Part shown: positions 10,910 through 20,149 of the stretch, one piece after another
How the letters are laid out: each line of letters opens with the position of its first letter
How positions within the stretch are numbered: the first letter of the stretch is position 1
Source of the DNA: a virus
DNA length: 64,000 bases
IMG/VR virus record: IMGVR_UViG_3300037247_001116
Location: 1 to 64,000 of that record
Reading direction: 5' to 3' (one strand)
Notes under the pieces: model-generated
What the model saw: only the letters and a program-made list of their open reading frames with translations
Database searches by the model: none
What the model was told of the DNA's origin: nothing
Program-made: the position numbers and the translations under genes

Positions 10910-11111
10910 TAATATTCCTCTTCAATAATTGCTTCTTCATCATTGTCTAAAAATTCCGAAATAAGTTCATGAAGATATGTATAACGGTATGTTTTTATTA
11001 CTTCTTCACCCAAGACATCTTCGACGACTTCGATGTACTTTTCGTCAATTTCGATAATTTCTTTATCATAGAGACACCACAAATCATCACTGTTATAATT
11101 AATCTTGACTT

Positions 11112-11462
11112 TCATTTCTTCCCCTTCCGTAGTTCTTCGTGAGCATAACCTTGAACATTAAATAAAAGCGCCATCAATGCTTCCTTTTTAGTTATTTCTT
11201 TTCCAGTTTTTTTGTCTACTCTTTTATATCCTCTATGCAAAGCCCACACATCAAAAAAATGACGAAACATAGACTTCATATAAACTGCCTGTGTCATACC
11301 TTTTTGCCAATTGTCCGAATCCCTCAATTTCCCATCTGCCTGTTTTCTATGAACCGTCATATAATCACCAAACGCTTCTAAAACTGGATAACTTAAAAAC
11401 CCATCATAGTCATTCTTTCCTTCGTCTGAATCTCTAGTAGCACCTGAAGCAAACTTACGCAT
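11112..11462 (-). CDS. dATP/dGTP diphosphohydrolase domain protein (DUF5664-like)
   Basis: RKFASGATRD..GK.DY, DNWQKG, SMFRH, ALLFN. Confidence 0.75.
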   Translation of the reverse strand: MRKFASGATRDSDEGKNDYDGFLSYPVLEAFGDYMTVHRKQADGKLRDSDNWQKGMTQAVYMKSMFRHFFDVWALHRGYKRVDKKTGKEITKKEALMALLFNVQGYAHEELRKGKK

Positions 11463-11476
11463 TTTCCTTCCCTTCT

Positions 11477-12082
11477 TTAAATAGCTGTTATTCTTCTTTT
11501 TAATTTATATTTTTTATCTAAGAATTCGAGCAATTCTGTTTGTGTTTTAAATACAACCCCTTGTTCATGTCCGCTATCTAAAATGAAATATAAAATGCTT
11601 TTATTAATTTTAGATTTAGGCACAGAAGTGACCAAATAAACTGGAATTCCTCTATACCAGGCGATTACTAATTCAGCAATAGTACCGCCGAGTTTATCAC
11701 CATCTTCTAAATTCATAATTAAAAAGTTACTGTGTTCAACATAATCCACATCACCAAAAATCCTTACTGCCTGTGGTTCTTTAGTATCAGGATCTTCTTG
11801 GAGATACGACACTCCTCTCCAAATTTTTCTCATGTACTTTAAAAATAATTCCCAATTTCCAGAAAGTTGCCAGCCGTTTAACTTTTCCATTAATTCTTCC
11901 GTTGGCATTCCTACTTTCTTGATCTCTTCTCTTGTTGGGTTAAAAGCATAGACTCCTCTTGCTAGAAGTTCTGGTTCCAATTTATCTCTCCAACCCCTTC
12001 CTTCATCTTTCTTAGCGGGGTCTTCCATCGACCCAATTAGATATGTCTTAAAAAGACAATTGACTATTGATGTTTTTTCCAT
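11477..12082 (-). CDS. Nucleoside 2-deoxyribosyltransferase-like protein
   Basis: YLIGSME, WR, FNP, D..EHSNFLI, GTIAEL..AW...IPVY. Confidence 0.7.
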   Translation of the reverse strand: MEKTSIVNCLFKTYLIGSMEDPAKKDEGRGWRDKLEPELLARGVYAFNPTREEIKKVGMPTEELMEKLNGWQLSGNWELFLKYMRKIWRGVSYLQEDPDTKEPQAVRIFGDVDYVEHSNFLIMNLEDGDKLGGTIAELVIAWYRGIPVYLVTSVPKSKINKSILYFILDSGHEQGVVFKTQTELLEFLDKKYKLKRRITAI

Positions 12083-12094
12083 ATTATTTCTCCT

Positions 12095-12610
12095 TTAAAT
12101 TATGCCAATTCTTTTTAGAATCAACTTATCGAACACTTCTATGTTTATGGTTTTATATAATCTTTTAAACTTTTTAAATTTGATTCTTGCATCATCTCTC
12201 CAATACCCCTTTATTTCAATCCATAAATCAAATTCAGGAAGATAAAAATCAGGAGTATATGTTGTGTTTCCTAATTCAAAAGTTTTTGATTCATAAACCC
12301 ATTCAATTCCTGATAAGTCACACCATTTAGCAAAATTTAATTCCCAAGAACTACGCATCCTAATGTTTTTATAAGTTCCCCAAATTCCATGTGTGGGAGG
12401 CTTTCCGTATCTACAACTATTTTTGCCTGAAAATAATTTCTCCGAACATTTTTTACAATAAGTGGCTGTGTATAGTTTTAATATTTTCCCACAATCTTTA
12501 CAATATCGTATTTTAAGAGTCCGACCGTCTTTATAACCACTATTTAATTTGCCTTTTTTACTACAAGCTTTGCATTTGGTTGATCTATAATCTATTTTTT
12601 TAAAACAACC
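12095..12610 (-). CDS. PD-(D/E)XK endonuclease with upstream Cys-rich zinc-finger region (start uncertain)
   Basis: RSSWE..FA, YTPDFYL, IEIKG; the frame stays open upstream of 12358 through CKAC, CKDC and CKKC motifs to about 12625. Confidence 0.65.
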   Translation of the reverse strand, partial: GCFKKIDYRSTKCKACSKKGKLNSGYKDGRTLKIRYCKDCGKILKLYTATYCKKCSEKLFSGKNSCRYGKPPTHGIWGTYKNIRMRSSWELNFAKWCDLSGIEWVYESKTFELGNTTYTPDFYLPEFDLWIEIKGYWRDDARIKFKKFKRLYKTINIEVFDKLILKRIGII

Positions 12611-12995
12611 CCCCGCATTTTTTCTCTATTAAACTTCTCCCGTCAATATATCCTGGTAACATAATAACACCTTATTTTAAAACTAACTTACAGACCTCTC
12701 TTTTAGTGTCGGTTAATTTATGCCCCATCAAACGCGGTACATCAACAGCCCACGCAATTCCTGATTGTCCTTTGATAATAACATCTTGTTCATCTTTGTA
12801 CAATTTCAAATACTCTTTCAATTCTTTAACTTTCATTTATTCTTCCTTCCATAATTTTATCATTTATAAAATTAGTTAATTCTTCAATCTGTTTTGTATA
12901 ATCACCAGCCCATAAAGCAAAATCATCGCGTTCTTTATTTAAAAACCTGTAAATTTCCATTGATGATATTTTATCCATGTTTCTCCTTTAATGGA

Positions 12996-13053
12996 GAAGT
13001 GGGCAAGGCGCGCTTTCCGAGTTGCAAGGATGCATCCAGGCAATACCCACTTC
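12996..13053 (-). ncRNA. Candidate structured 5' leader RNA
   Basis: 10-bp closing stem GAAGTGGGTA/TGCCCACTTC with an inner hairpin; GC-rich; starts right after promoter 13062-13090. Confidence 0.4.
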
Positions 13054-13061
13054 ATATTTCA

Positions 13062-13090
13062 AGTATAGCATAAATTTAAGTTTGTGTCAA
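13062..13090 (-). promoter_or_regulatory. sigma70-type promoter with extended -10
   Basis: TTGACA-17bp-TATACT with TG at the extended position. Confidence 0.8.
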
Positions 13091-13305
13091 CTATTCTATC
13101 TCATGATTCCATAAATCCATATTTGTTATACCAAGCAATGCTTCCGATCCATCTTGATAAGTAAAATCGGATTTGAAAAATCCTTTATTAAATTTCTTTT
13201 TGCCTTTTTCTTCGGCTTCTTCTAAAGAATCAGCATTAACAAAAACACTTACAATCGCATTTATTCGTTTTGTAACTTCATATTCTGCCATGATTTATTT
13301 CTCCT

Positions 13306-13884
13306 TTATTCCTTCGCTCTTAATAAATTAATAATCTTTTTAGATGATTTTGTATCTACAGAATCGCTAATTTTTCCCATAACATCATCTAATGCTTTTT
13401 GATAAATTTTCTTTTCATCATCATTATATTTATCACCATTGCTTCTAACATACCTTTTAGCACTTCCGATGCCTCTTACAAGATCCCTAGCAACCCTGCC
13501 AGTACCCCTTAGAACGCTAAAGAATGCCCCTACAACCCATCCAAAGCCACTTAATGATAGTACGATCATAATAATAATACCCCAAAACATATAGCCCTTG
13601 GCATTAAGGATGAACTGAGAGATTTTTTCACGCAATTTTAGCTTGCGTTCTTCTTGATTAAATGTTTTTTCATACGAATAATAATTTGATCCACATTTTG
13701 TGACTCTTCCCACATCATCAAGAGTTATTTCTCCTTTACAAGAGATTTTACGTTCTGCTTTACTGACTGATTGTGGAACTTTTGAAACAGTGTTTTTAAA
13801 TGGCTGGGATGCAATCTTTAAAAGACTACAACCAGAAGTCATAAAAACGATTAACAATGTTAATATTACATTTTTCTTATTCAT
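13306..13884 (-). CDS. Predicted lipoprotein with an internal transmembrane segment
   Basis: MNKKNVILTLLIVFMTSGC lipobox-like signal; hydrophobic YMFWGIIIMIVLSLSGFGWVVGAFFSVL. Confidence 0.55.
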   Translation of the reverse strand: MNKKNVILTLLIVFMTSGCSLLKIASQPFKNTVSKVPQSVSKAERKISCKGEITLDDVGRVTKCGSNYYSYEKTFNQEERKLKLREKISQFILNAKGYMFWGIIIMIVLSLSGFGWVVGAFFSVLRGTGRVARDLVRGIGSAKRYVRSNGDKYNDDEKKIYQKALDDVMGKISDSVDTKSSKKIINLLRAKE

Positions 13885-14549
13885 CTTTTTTCTCCTTTTT
13901 TACAAAGCTATTTCTCCACACGCAATTGCATTTTCTGTCGTTTTCGCGTATTAACCATAGTGCATGACCTGGCGTACATGCTTCCCATATATCGTTGACT
14001 ATATTAGATTTTTCCATCATTGTCCTTTGGTTTTATAATTGTGGAACCGTCTTCATCGATATTTAAAATCGTTTTTCCATGCGATGTAATTTCTTTAATT
14101 AATTCCTCTTTGTTTAGTTCAGTATTTCCAGAAGGTTTAATATTTTTTAGTTTCATAAATTCTAAAAATAAAACCTCTGTTTGTTCTGTTGTTAATACCT
14201 TTTTAGAATAATCTTGAATATCCCTTAACACATCATACCATTCAAGAACTGTGTCTATATCTAAATTCCAAAGAGCGTTCATTTTTCTTTTCCTAATAGA
14301 TGAAGCCAATCTCTTAATTGAATAAATCTTAAATTAAACCACTCATGCCACTTTAGGTTTCTGCTCACAATCCCAAATGCTACTTGCCATTTTCTGTTTA
14401 CTTTAATATAAGTGTTCATTTTGTTTTCCAAAATCTAAAAGAATAATCTATAATTAGATTATAATAATAAAATCCGATTTCAAAAATTTTATTCCAATTA
14501 TGAAATCCAAAATATCTATGTTCTTTTCTTAATTTATAAAAATAAATTT

Positions 14550-14972
14550 TCATTTGATATATCCTTCTTTTTTCAAGTAGAGCCACATTTCGGCAAGAGC
14601 ATTAGGTAATTTTTGCTCTGCGAATTTGATATATTTGTCTGGATGTTCTTCATCACTTTTTAAATACATACTTATAAAAGATACTTCATAATAATCATCT
14701 AAATGTTGATTTGTAAAATGCCTAATGTTAATATCATATCTTGTATAATTTGGAATAATTATTTTTGGTAACTCTTTCAATATTTCATCAGAAATGGGGG
14801 CAGAATATAAAGCTTTGAATTTCATAAAAGGACTATTTTCTTTCGTATCACAAAAATCAGTAAATTCACCAATACCATCTTTTTGTATTCTATGATAAAA
14901 ATGGGTATTTTGAATAAACCCATTTTCTTTCAATTCTTTAGCCAATTCTAAATCTACACAGAATTCTTTCAT
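14550..14972 (-). CDS. Hypothetical conserved phage protein
   Basis: LELAKELKENGF.Q...SAP...EIL..LP...ALAEMWLYL pattern. Confidence 0.5.
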   Translation of the reverse strand: MKEFCVDLELAKELKENGFIQNTHFYHRIQKDGIGEFTDFCDTKENSPFMKFKALYSAPISDEILKELPKIIIPNYTRYDINIRHFTNQHLDDYYEVSFISMYLKSDEEHPDKYIKFAEQKLPNALAEMWLYLKKEGYIK

Positions 14973-15550
14973 TTTGTTATTCCTCTATATTAAATCTTTT
15001 TATGTCACAATTTTTATAAACATCTTTCCACCAACAAGTCATTTTTGTATCTCTAAATGATTTAGCATCATATTTTGTTTGAAATATCAAACATCCATAT
15101 ATCCCTTTAAATTGCGGGTTAGATTGGATTATTTTACCTTTTTCATCGACTATCGCGTAAACTCTCATTGCTTGTCCTCTTTTTCGGGAGGAATCACCGC
15201 TATCTTGTATGGTTTGTTGACTTCTTCTACCACATCTTGTGGTTCGGGCTTCAAATATGATGGTAATTGACCGAATGCGCCTAATGTATGTTTTTTCTGT
15301 AACCCCTTGTTACGATTATAGTTATGGATAATGGCACGTTTCTCTTTGCGATTTATAATTGGTTGATCTTCTTTTACATTTCTGTCCATTATATTCTCCT
15401 TATTTTTCAACTATAGAGTAAATTAGTACTAAAACGATCACGACACACATAACTGCTAATAAGAGTTGCGCGCAAGCAATTCCAGCATCATAACTATTTA
15501 TGCCCTGAAATACAGAAATAAATCCGTCTAAAAAATACATAATATTCTCC

Positions 15551-15579
15551 TTTTCTTTTCATATGTAAAGTATACCATA
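15551..15579 (-). repeat. 29-bp repeat, exact inverted copy of 28886-28914
   Basis: Reverse complement is TATGGTATACTTTACATATGAAAAGAAAA, identical to 28886-28914. Confidence 0.9.
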
Positions 15580-15597
15580 TTGTTGCTTCTATGTCAA
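15569..15597 (-). promoter_or_regulatory. sigma70-type promoter with extended -10
   Basis: TTGACA-17bp-TATACT. Confidence 0.8.
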
Positions 15598-16150
15598 GTT
15601 TTATTAACTATTGTTTGCTCGTTGTACCGCCCAAGCAATAGCGTAAACACCCGCACAAACACCGATCACTATTCGCCCTTCGGGGAAGGTAAACACCCAA
15701 CCAATCAAAGCCAGTAACCCTATCACTGTCATTGCTAAAATAACCCCTGCTAATGCATCTAAAAATAGATCTTTCATGATAATTACCTCCTTTTGTTAAA
15801 TTAATCTTAAAAATATTTGCCCAACCCTTATTAATGCCCATAGAAAAAATAATGTTATAATAGATCCTAAAACAAAATGCAACAGCATAATTGGATATAA
15901 AATCCCCAATACAATAATAGATATTACTAAAATAAAAGATATGATGTCTTTAAATAAACTCATTTTTCTCCTTTCAATTAACAAATATTAAATATAAACA
16001 AACACAAAACCAAAACATATTATTTTTAATCAATGCTTTCTGAATATCTGTCATAATACTCCTTTTTAAATTATAAAATTTAAAATCGGTTCCCGTCGAA
16101 CTTCTGTTCGCAATTAATATGGCATTTCAATCCGAGAAAAAGATAGTTCC

Positions 16151-16277
16151 TCTTTTTTATCTTTAGATAAAAAAGATCTTTAATATAAAGTGGTAAAAGT
16201 TTTATACCACTTTTATTAAAAGTGCAATAACTATATACTGTATATTGTCACTTATACCTGTATATAGTATACTATAT
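16151..16277. repeat. Cluster of three inverted repeats in a non-coding gap
   Basis: TCTTTTTTATCT-tt-AGATAAAAAAGA; TTTAATA(T)AAAGTGGTA...TACCACTTTTATTAAA; perfect palindrome ATATAGTATACTATAT. Confidence 0.8.
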
Positions 16278-16997
16278 GTATATTATAACTCTTCAATAAA
16301 CTCAATTAATGAATTCTCAGAAAACTCAATCCTTTCAATGAGGTCTTCAGATTCTGCTTTTGAAATATCTTCGGATAAATAAATAGTGACATTGATTTTT
16401 CTCATAACATTCTCCTTTCATTTTAATAAGGACATTCAATTTTTTCAACATCAACTTTTCCACAAACATTACATCTAAATCTGTAACTATCTCCTTCACG
16501 TCCTACAAGTTTCCATTTAGCAGTGAACCAATGAAACATTTTATGAAAATTCATATCAATCTCCTTTATAATGGTTTACAAGTTCTTTTTAAAATATCAA
16601 GAGTTATATTTAATTCTTTTTCCTTTTTCTTTTTCATTGTTTCAGCCTTTTTAAGACTTTTAAAAACATGGCTTCGCCCAAGCACAGGGTGAAAATCATA
16701 TCTATACCTTTTATCTTTTTTAGCTAATACATACCAAGTCGCGCACATTTTAAATTTTCCAATCTTTAATTTGTTTTAATTGAGTTTTTAAATGAATCAA
16801 ATCTTGGATTTCTTGTATAGATGGAATATCAAAAAAATCATTACAATCTCTCCATAAACAATTCCAAAATGGAGTTCCATTATAACCATATTCCATAGAC
16901 CCTCGATCACATTCGGGGCAAATAACATAAATTTCTTTATTATTTTTTACAGCATCAATTAATCTTTCTGTTTCAATTTTAACTGTTGTTTTCATAA

Positions 16998-17792
16998 TTA
17001 TTTCTCCTTTCTTATTTTTTCACAAATTTCTTTAATCATTTTTTCATCTGGTTCTGCGTATAATTCGGTTATAGCTATATTTGTGTGACCCATGACTTTT
17101 TTAAGATAAGATATATCCATGCCTTTTGTTAAACAATATTTTGCAAAACTAATTCTCATAGTTCTTGGTTCTACAATTTCGTGATCTGCAATATTCATAT
17201 CTCTTTTAATATCTTTAAACATCTTTTTTAACTGACAGTAGGTAATACTAAAAACATTTCCTCTCGTCAAGGACTCACAGTGGGCTTTCATATCATTATA
17301 GAGTTTATTATTAAGGAATGGAACATTTCTGTCCTTGTTTCCTTTAGCATTATAAAAGATTATATCCTTAGTATTAAAATTAATATGCTCTCTTTCTAAG
17401 TTTTTTAATTCTGAAGGTCTTGCCCCAAAATAAAACATAAACCTTAATATTAAATCTTTTTCATCATAATAAGTTCTTAAAATACTTTCTAAATCTTTTT
17501 CATTAAAATAATATTTGATTCCTTTTCGTTTTGTTGATTTCCATTTCGGAAACTCTAATTCTATTTTAGAATAATTTGTGTAAGCAATCATGGCTCTCTT
17601 GAAAGAGTTAATGGTGTTGTTTGATTTACCATCTTCTCTTAATTTAATTAAATAATTATTCAAGGTTTCTTGGCAAATATTATATTGACAATATTTACCA
17701 TAATAATCGACTTGTTGAAAATAAGCCATTACAGTTTTTTCAGAATTTTTATTTAATTTAAGCCATTCAAGAAATTTATCTAGTAGATTCAT
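16998..17792 (-). CDS. Tyrosine recombinase (XerC/D-like)
   Basis: GARPSEL, KGNKDR, RTMRISFA (HxxR position), MGHTNIAITELY; SAM-like N-terminal domain. Confidence 0.9.
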   Translation of the reverse strand: MNLLDKFLEWLKLNKNSEKTVMAYFQQVDYYGKYCQYNICQETLNNYLIKLREDGKSNNTINSFKRAMIAYTNYSKIELEFPKWKSTKRKGIKYYFNEKDLESILRTYYDEKDLILRFMFYFGARPSELKNLEREHINFNTKDIIFYNAKGNKDRNVPFLNNKLYNDMKAHCESLTRGNVFSITYCQLKKMFKDIKRDMNIADHEIVEPRTMRISFAKYCLTKGMDISYLKKVMGHTNIAITELYAEPDEKMIKEICEKIRKEK

Positions 17793-18517
17793 GTCTGTAT
17801 CCTTGTTTTAATATTTTAACAGTTCTATCCATTTCAAATTTTTCTTCTCCTTGTCGAGCTTGTTAGCCACTTTTGCAATCTCCCAAAAAGCATCATAGAG
17901 ATCGGGAACATTAGGATTTTCGATTCCATTCACCGTCATTATTTCTCTAGCCACATTAAAATAAGGACTTATGCTAAAATAATCTTCTTTTAAATCTTTA
18001 ACAGGAGTGGGTTTATAATGATTATTAGGATTGGTTTTGGTCATGATTTTTCCTTTCTTAAATCCTCAATACATTTTTCTAAGATTAAAACACTGTCTGA
18101 ATGACTATCAGCACCTTGAATTTTTCTGCATTTTACATCTGTATTTACATATTTCGCCCTCATTGTTTTACTCACATATGTTTTTGATTGTTTTATATCA
18201 TTTAAAGTATATAATACACCACAGCATATCATGACAACAATAGATAAAATTGTACAAAATAGAATATATTTCTTGTCCATTTTATTTCTCCTGTATTATA
18301 GCTAGTATTAAAATTATTAATAAGGCTTCCATTTTACATATCCTTTACGATTTGCCACATTTCATCTTTTGCACTTTCAGTAAATCCTTTTAACCAATCC
18401 TGTAATTCCACCCTGCCTATGTTCCGATTGTAATTATCAAAACCTTTAAGCTCCGCTTTTGTAAGCATTCTATCAAATTGTTTTATATCTTTTCTAGTGT
18501 AATTTTTCTTTTTCATT

Positions 18518-19576
18518 TTATATCTCCTTTAAAAATTTAATTCCTTTTTCTGTTATTTTCCTCTTATTTTTAACCTCTAACAATTCTTTATGAATTAAGT
18601 AAGGCTCAATCTCAAATTCATACGTCGAGGGTTTGACTCTTAAAAAACACGCGATACTACCCTTGCTTGCGCCACCATTGCCTTTAATATAGTTAAGCAC
18701 CTTAATATCTACATCTGTTAGCCCGTCTTTGACTATTTTATTCATCTTTAACACTCGTTCCCAATCTCTACTAAAAATATATTTTCTAACCAATGTCCTT
18801 GCCATTCTCGGAGTATTTTTACAGTTTTTAGCTATTGCTCTATAAATATCTTCTGATACATTTTTGTTTGGATATTGTTTGTTTTTATAATGTTTTAAAA
18901 TTGTAATCAATTCTTCCTCATTATAATGGTTTAATTCTAATTGCAAATCACACCGTTGGATTAATGCGTCAAGATTTTTTGCAATATCTCCTTTATGTGT
19001 TGTCATAAAAATTACTGTGAAAGGTATCAAAGATTTTCCATCAACCTCAAATTTTTCAATCGTTGGTAACATGAAGAAACCAACTTTATCAGGCAATTTA
19101 TTTGCTTCATCAATAATAATAACCCCACCTTCGCACTCATTGATCTTATCCACAAACTGTTGCTCTGATTTTAACTGTCCTCCTGTTGTGAATACCACTT
19201 TTTTATTCAATAGCTCTGCAATAATTTCGGCAAGTAAAGTCTTACCGTGACCTGCGGGGGCGGAGATAAATGTGTGAGAGAATGGTTCATTGTTTTCTTT
19301 ACAGCCCTTGATTTCATCTAATATCAATGCTTTAGCTTCTTCTTGACCAACATAATTATCAAGTGTCTTAGGGCGGTACTGTTTGCTTCCAGAGCCTCCC
19401 TTTAATTCAGAAGTGTCTAATATCTCTGGTTTAATAGTGATGCTTAATGGGCTTTTATCTTCTTCTTCATTCCATCCATTTCTTTCAGCTTGTCTATCTG
19501 ATATAGCCTCTAATTCAATAAGACACTCCATAACATCCTTTTTATTTTCGGCATTTAAATCGTCTAGTAAAAACAT
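18518..19576 (-). CDS. ruvB: RuvB-like AAA+ branch-migration ATPase
   Basis: RPKTLDNYVGQE, APAGHGKT, IIIDE, TPRMA, DGLTDVD, EIEPYLI winged helix. Confidence 0.85.
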   Translation of the reverse strand: MFLLDDLNAENKKDVMECLIELEAISDRQAERNGWNEEEDKSPLSITIKPEILDTSELKGGSGSKQYRPKTLDNYVGQEEAKALILDEIKGCKENNEPFSHTFISAPAGHGKTLLAEIIAELLNKKVVFTTGGQLKSEQQFVDKINECEGGVIIIDEANKLPDKVGFFMLPTIEKFEVDGKSLIPFTVIFMTTHKGDIAKNLDALIQRCDLQLELNHYNEEELITILKHYKNKQYPNKNVSEDIYRAIAKNCKNTPRMARTLVRKYIFSRDWERVLKMNKIVKDGLTDVDIKVLNYIKGNGGASKGSIACFLRVKPSTYEFEIEPYLIHKELLEVKNKRKITEKGIKFLKEI

Positions 19577-19579
19577 ATA

Positions 19580-19861
19580 TTACTCCTTATTTTCTAAACA
19601 TATTGGGCAATGTCTTTGTGGTTTTTTCACTTTTGTTTTAAGATGTTTTTCATGCGTTTTCGCTTCTGAATATCCGTCATATTCTGCAATAATATTGTAC
19701 TTAAACCCTATATTGTTTCTATTTAAAACAGCCATTAATTTTGAACCGTTCCCGCTTCTATGTAATTTCATTCTCTTTTCAACATTTTTGGCTATACCAG
19801 TATAATGCTTGGCGTGTTTGTAAGGCTTATCGAAATGGATAACATACACTTTCCAAGACAT
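19580..19861 (-). CDS. GIY-YIG nuclease
   Basis: VYVIHF...HYTG....KRMKLHRSG.GS...E..LK. Confidence 0.75.
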   Translation of the reverse strand: MSWKVYVIHFDKPYKHAKHYTGIAKNVEKRMKLHRSGNGSKLMAVLNRNNIGFKYNIIAEYDGYSEAKTHEKHLKTKVKKPQRHCPICLENKE

Positions 19862-19876
19862 TTTTTCATAACTTCC

Positions 19877-20149
19877 CTATATTAAAATAATTTTTAATTT
19901 TTCTTTCAATGTAAATTTATTGTCCTTTATTCCATTACATTCGCTATGAGTCAATCGCAAATTATCCAATTTATTATTGCCACCCTTTGATTTTGGCAAG
20001 ATATGATCTATAGTAGAATTGGTCAGTATGCCCTTGCATATATCACATTTCAATCTTCCATACTTCTCTATATTAATTATTTTTAACACTTCTAATTTTG
20101 AAATCCATCCCATTTCATATGCTAAATATATAAGTGTTTTATCCTTCAT
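19877..20149 (-). CDS. Small HNH endonuclease
   Basis: CDIC, TIDHILPKSKGG.N..DNL...H..CN..K. Confidence 0.85.
   Translation of the reverse strand: MKDKTLIYLAYEMGWISKLEVLKIINIEKYGRLKCDICKGILTNSTIDHILPKSKGGNNKLDNLRLTHSECNGIKDNKFTLKEKLKIILI

Noticed and set aside
16230-16290. LexA box or dif site in the TA-rich stretch
   Set aside because: Lacks the CTGT-N8-ACAG right half and the XerD arm TTATGTTAAAT
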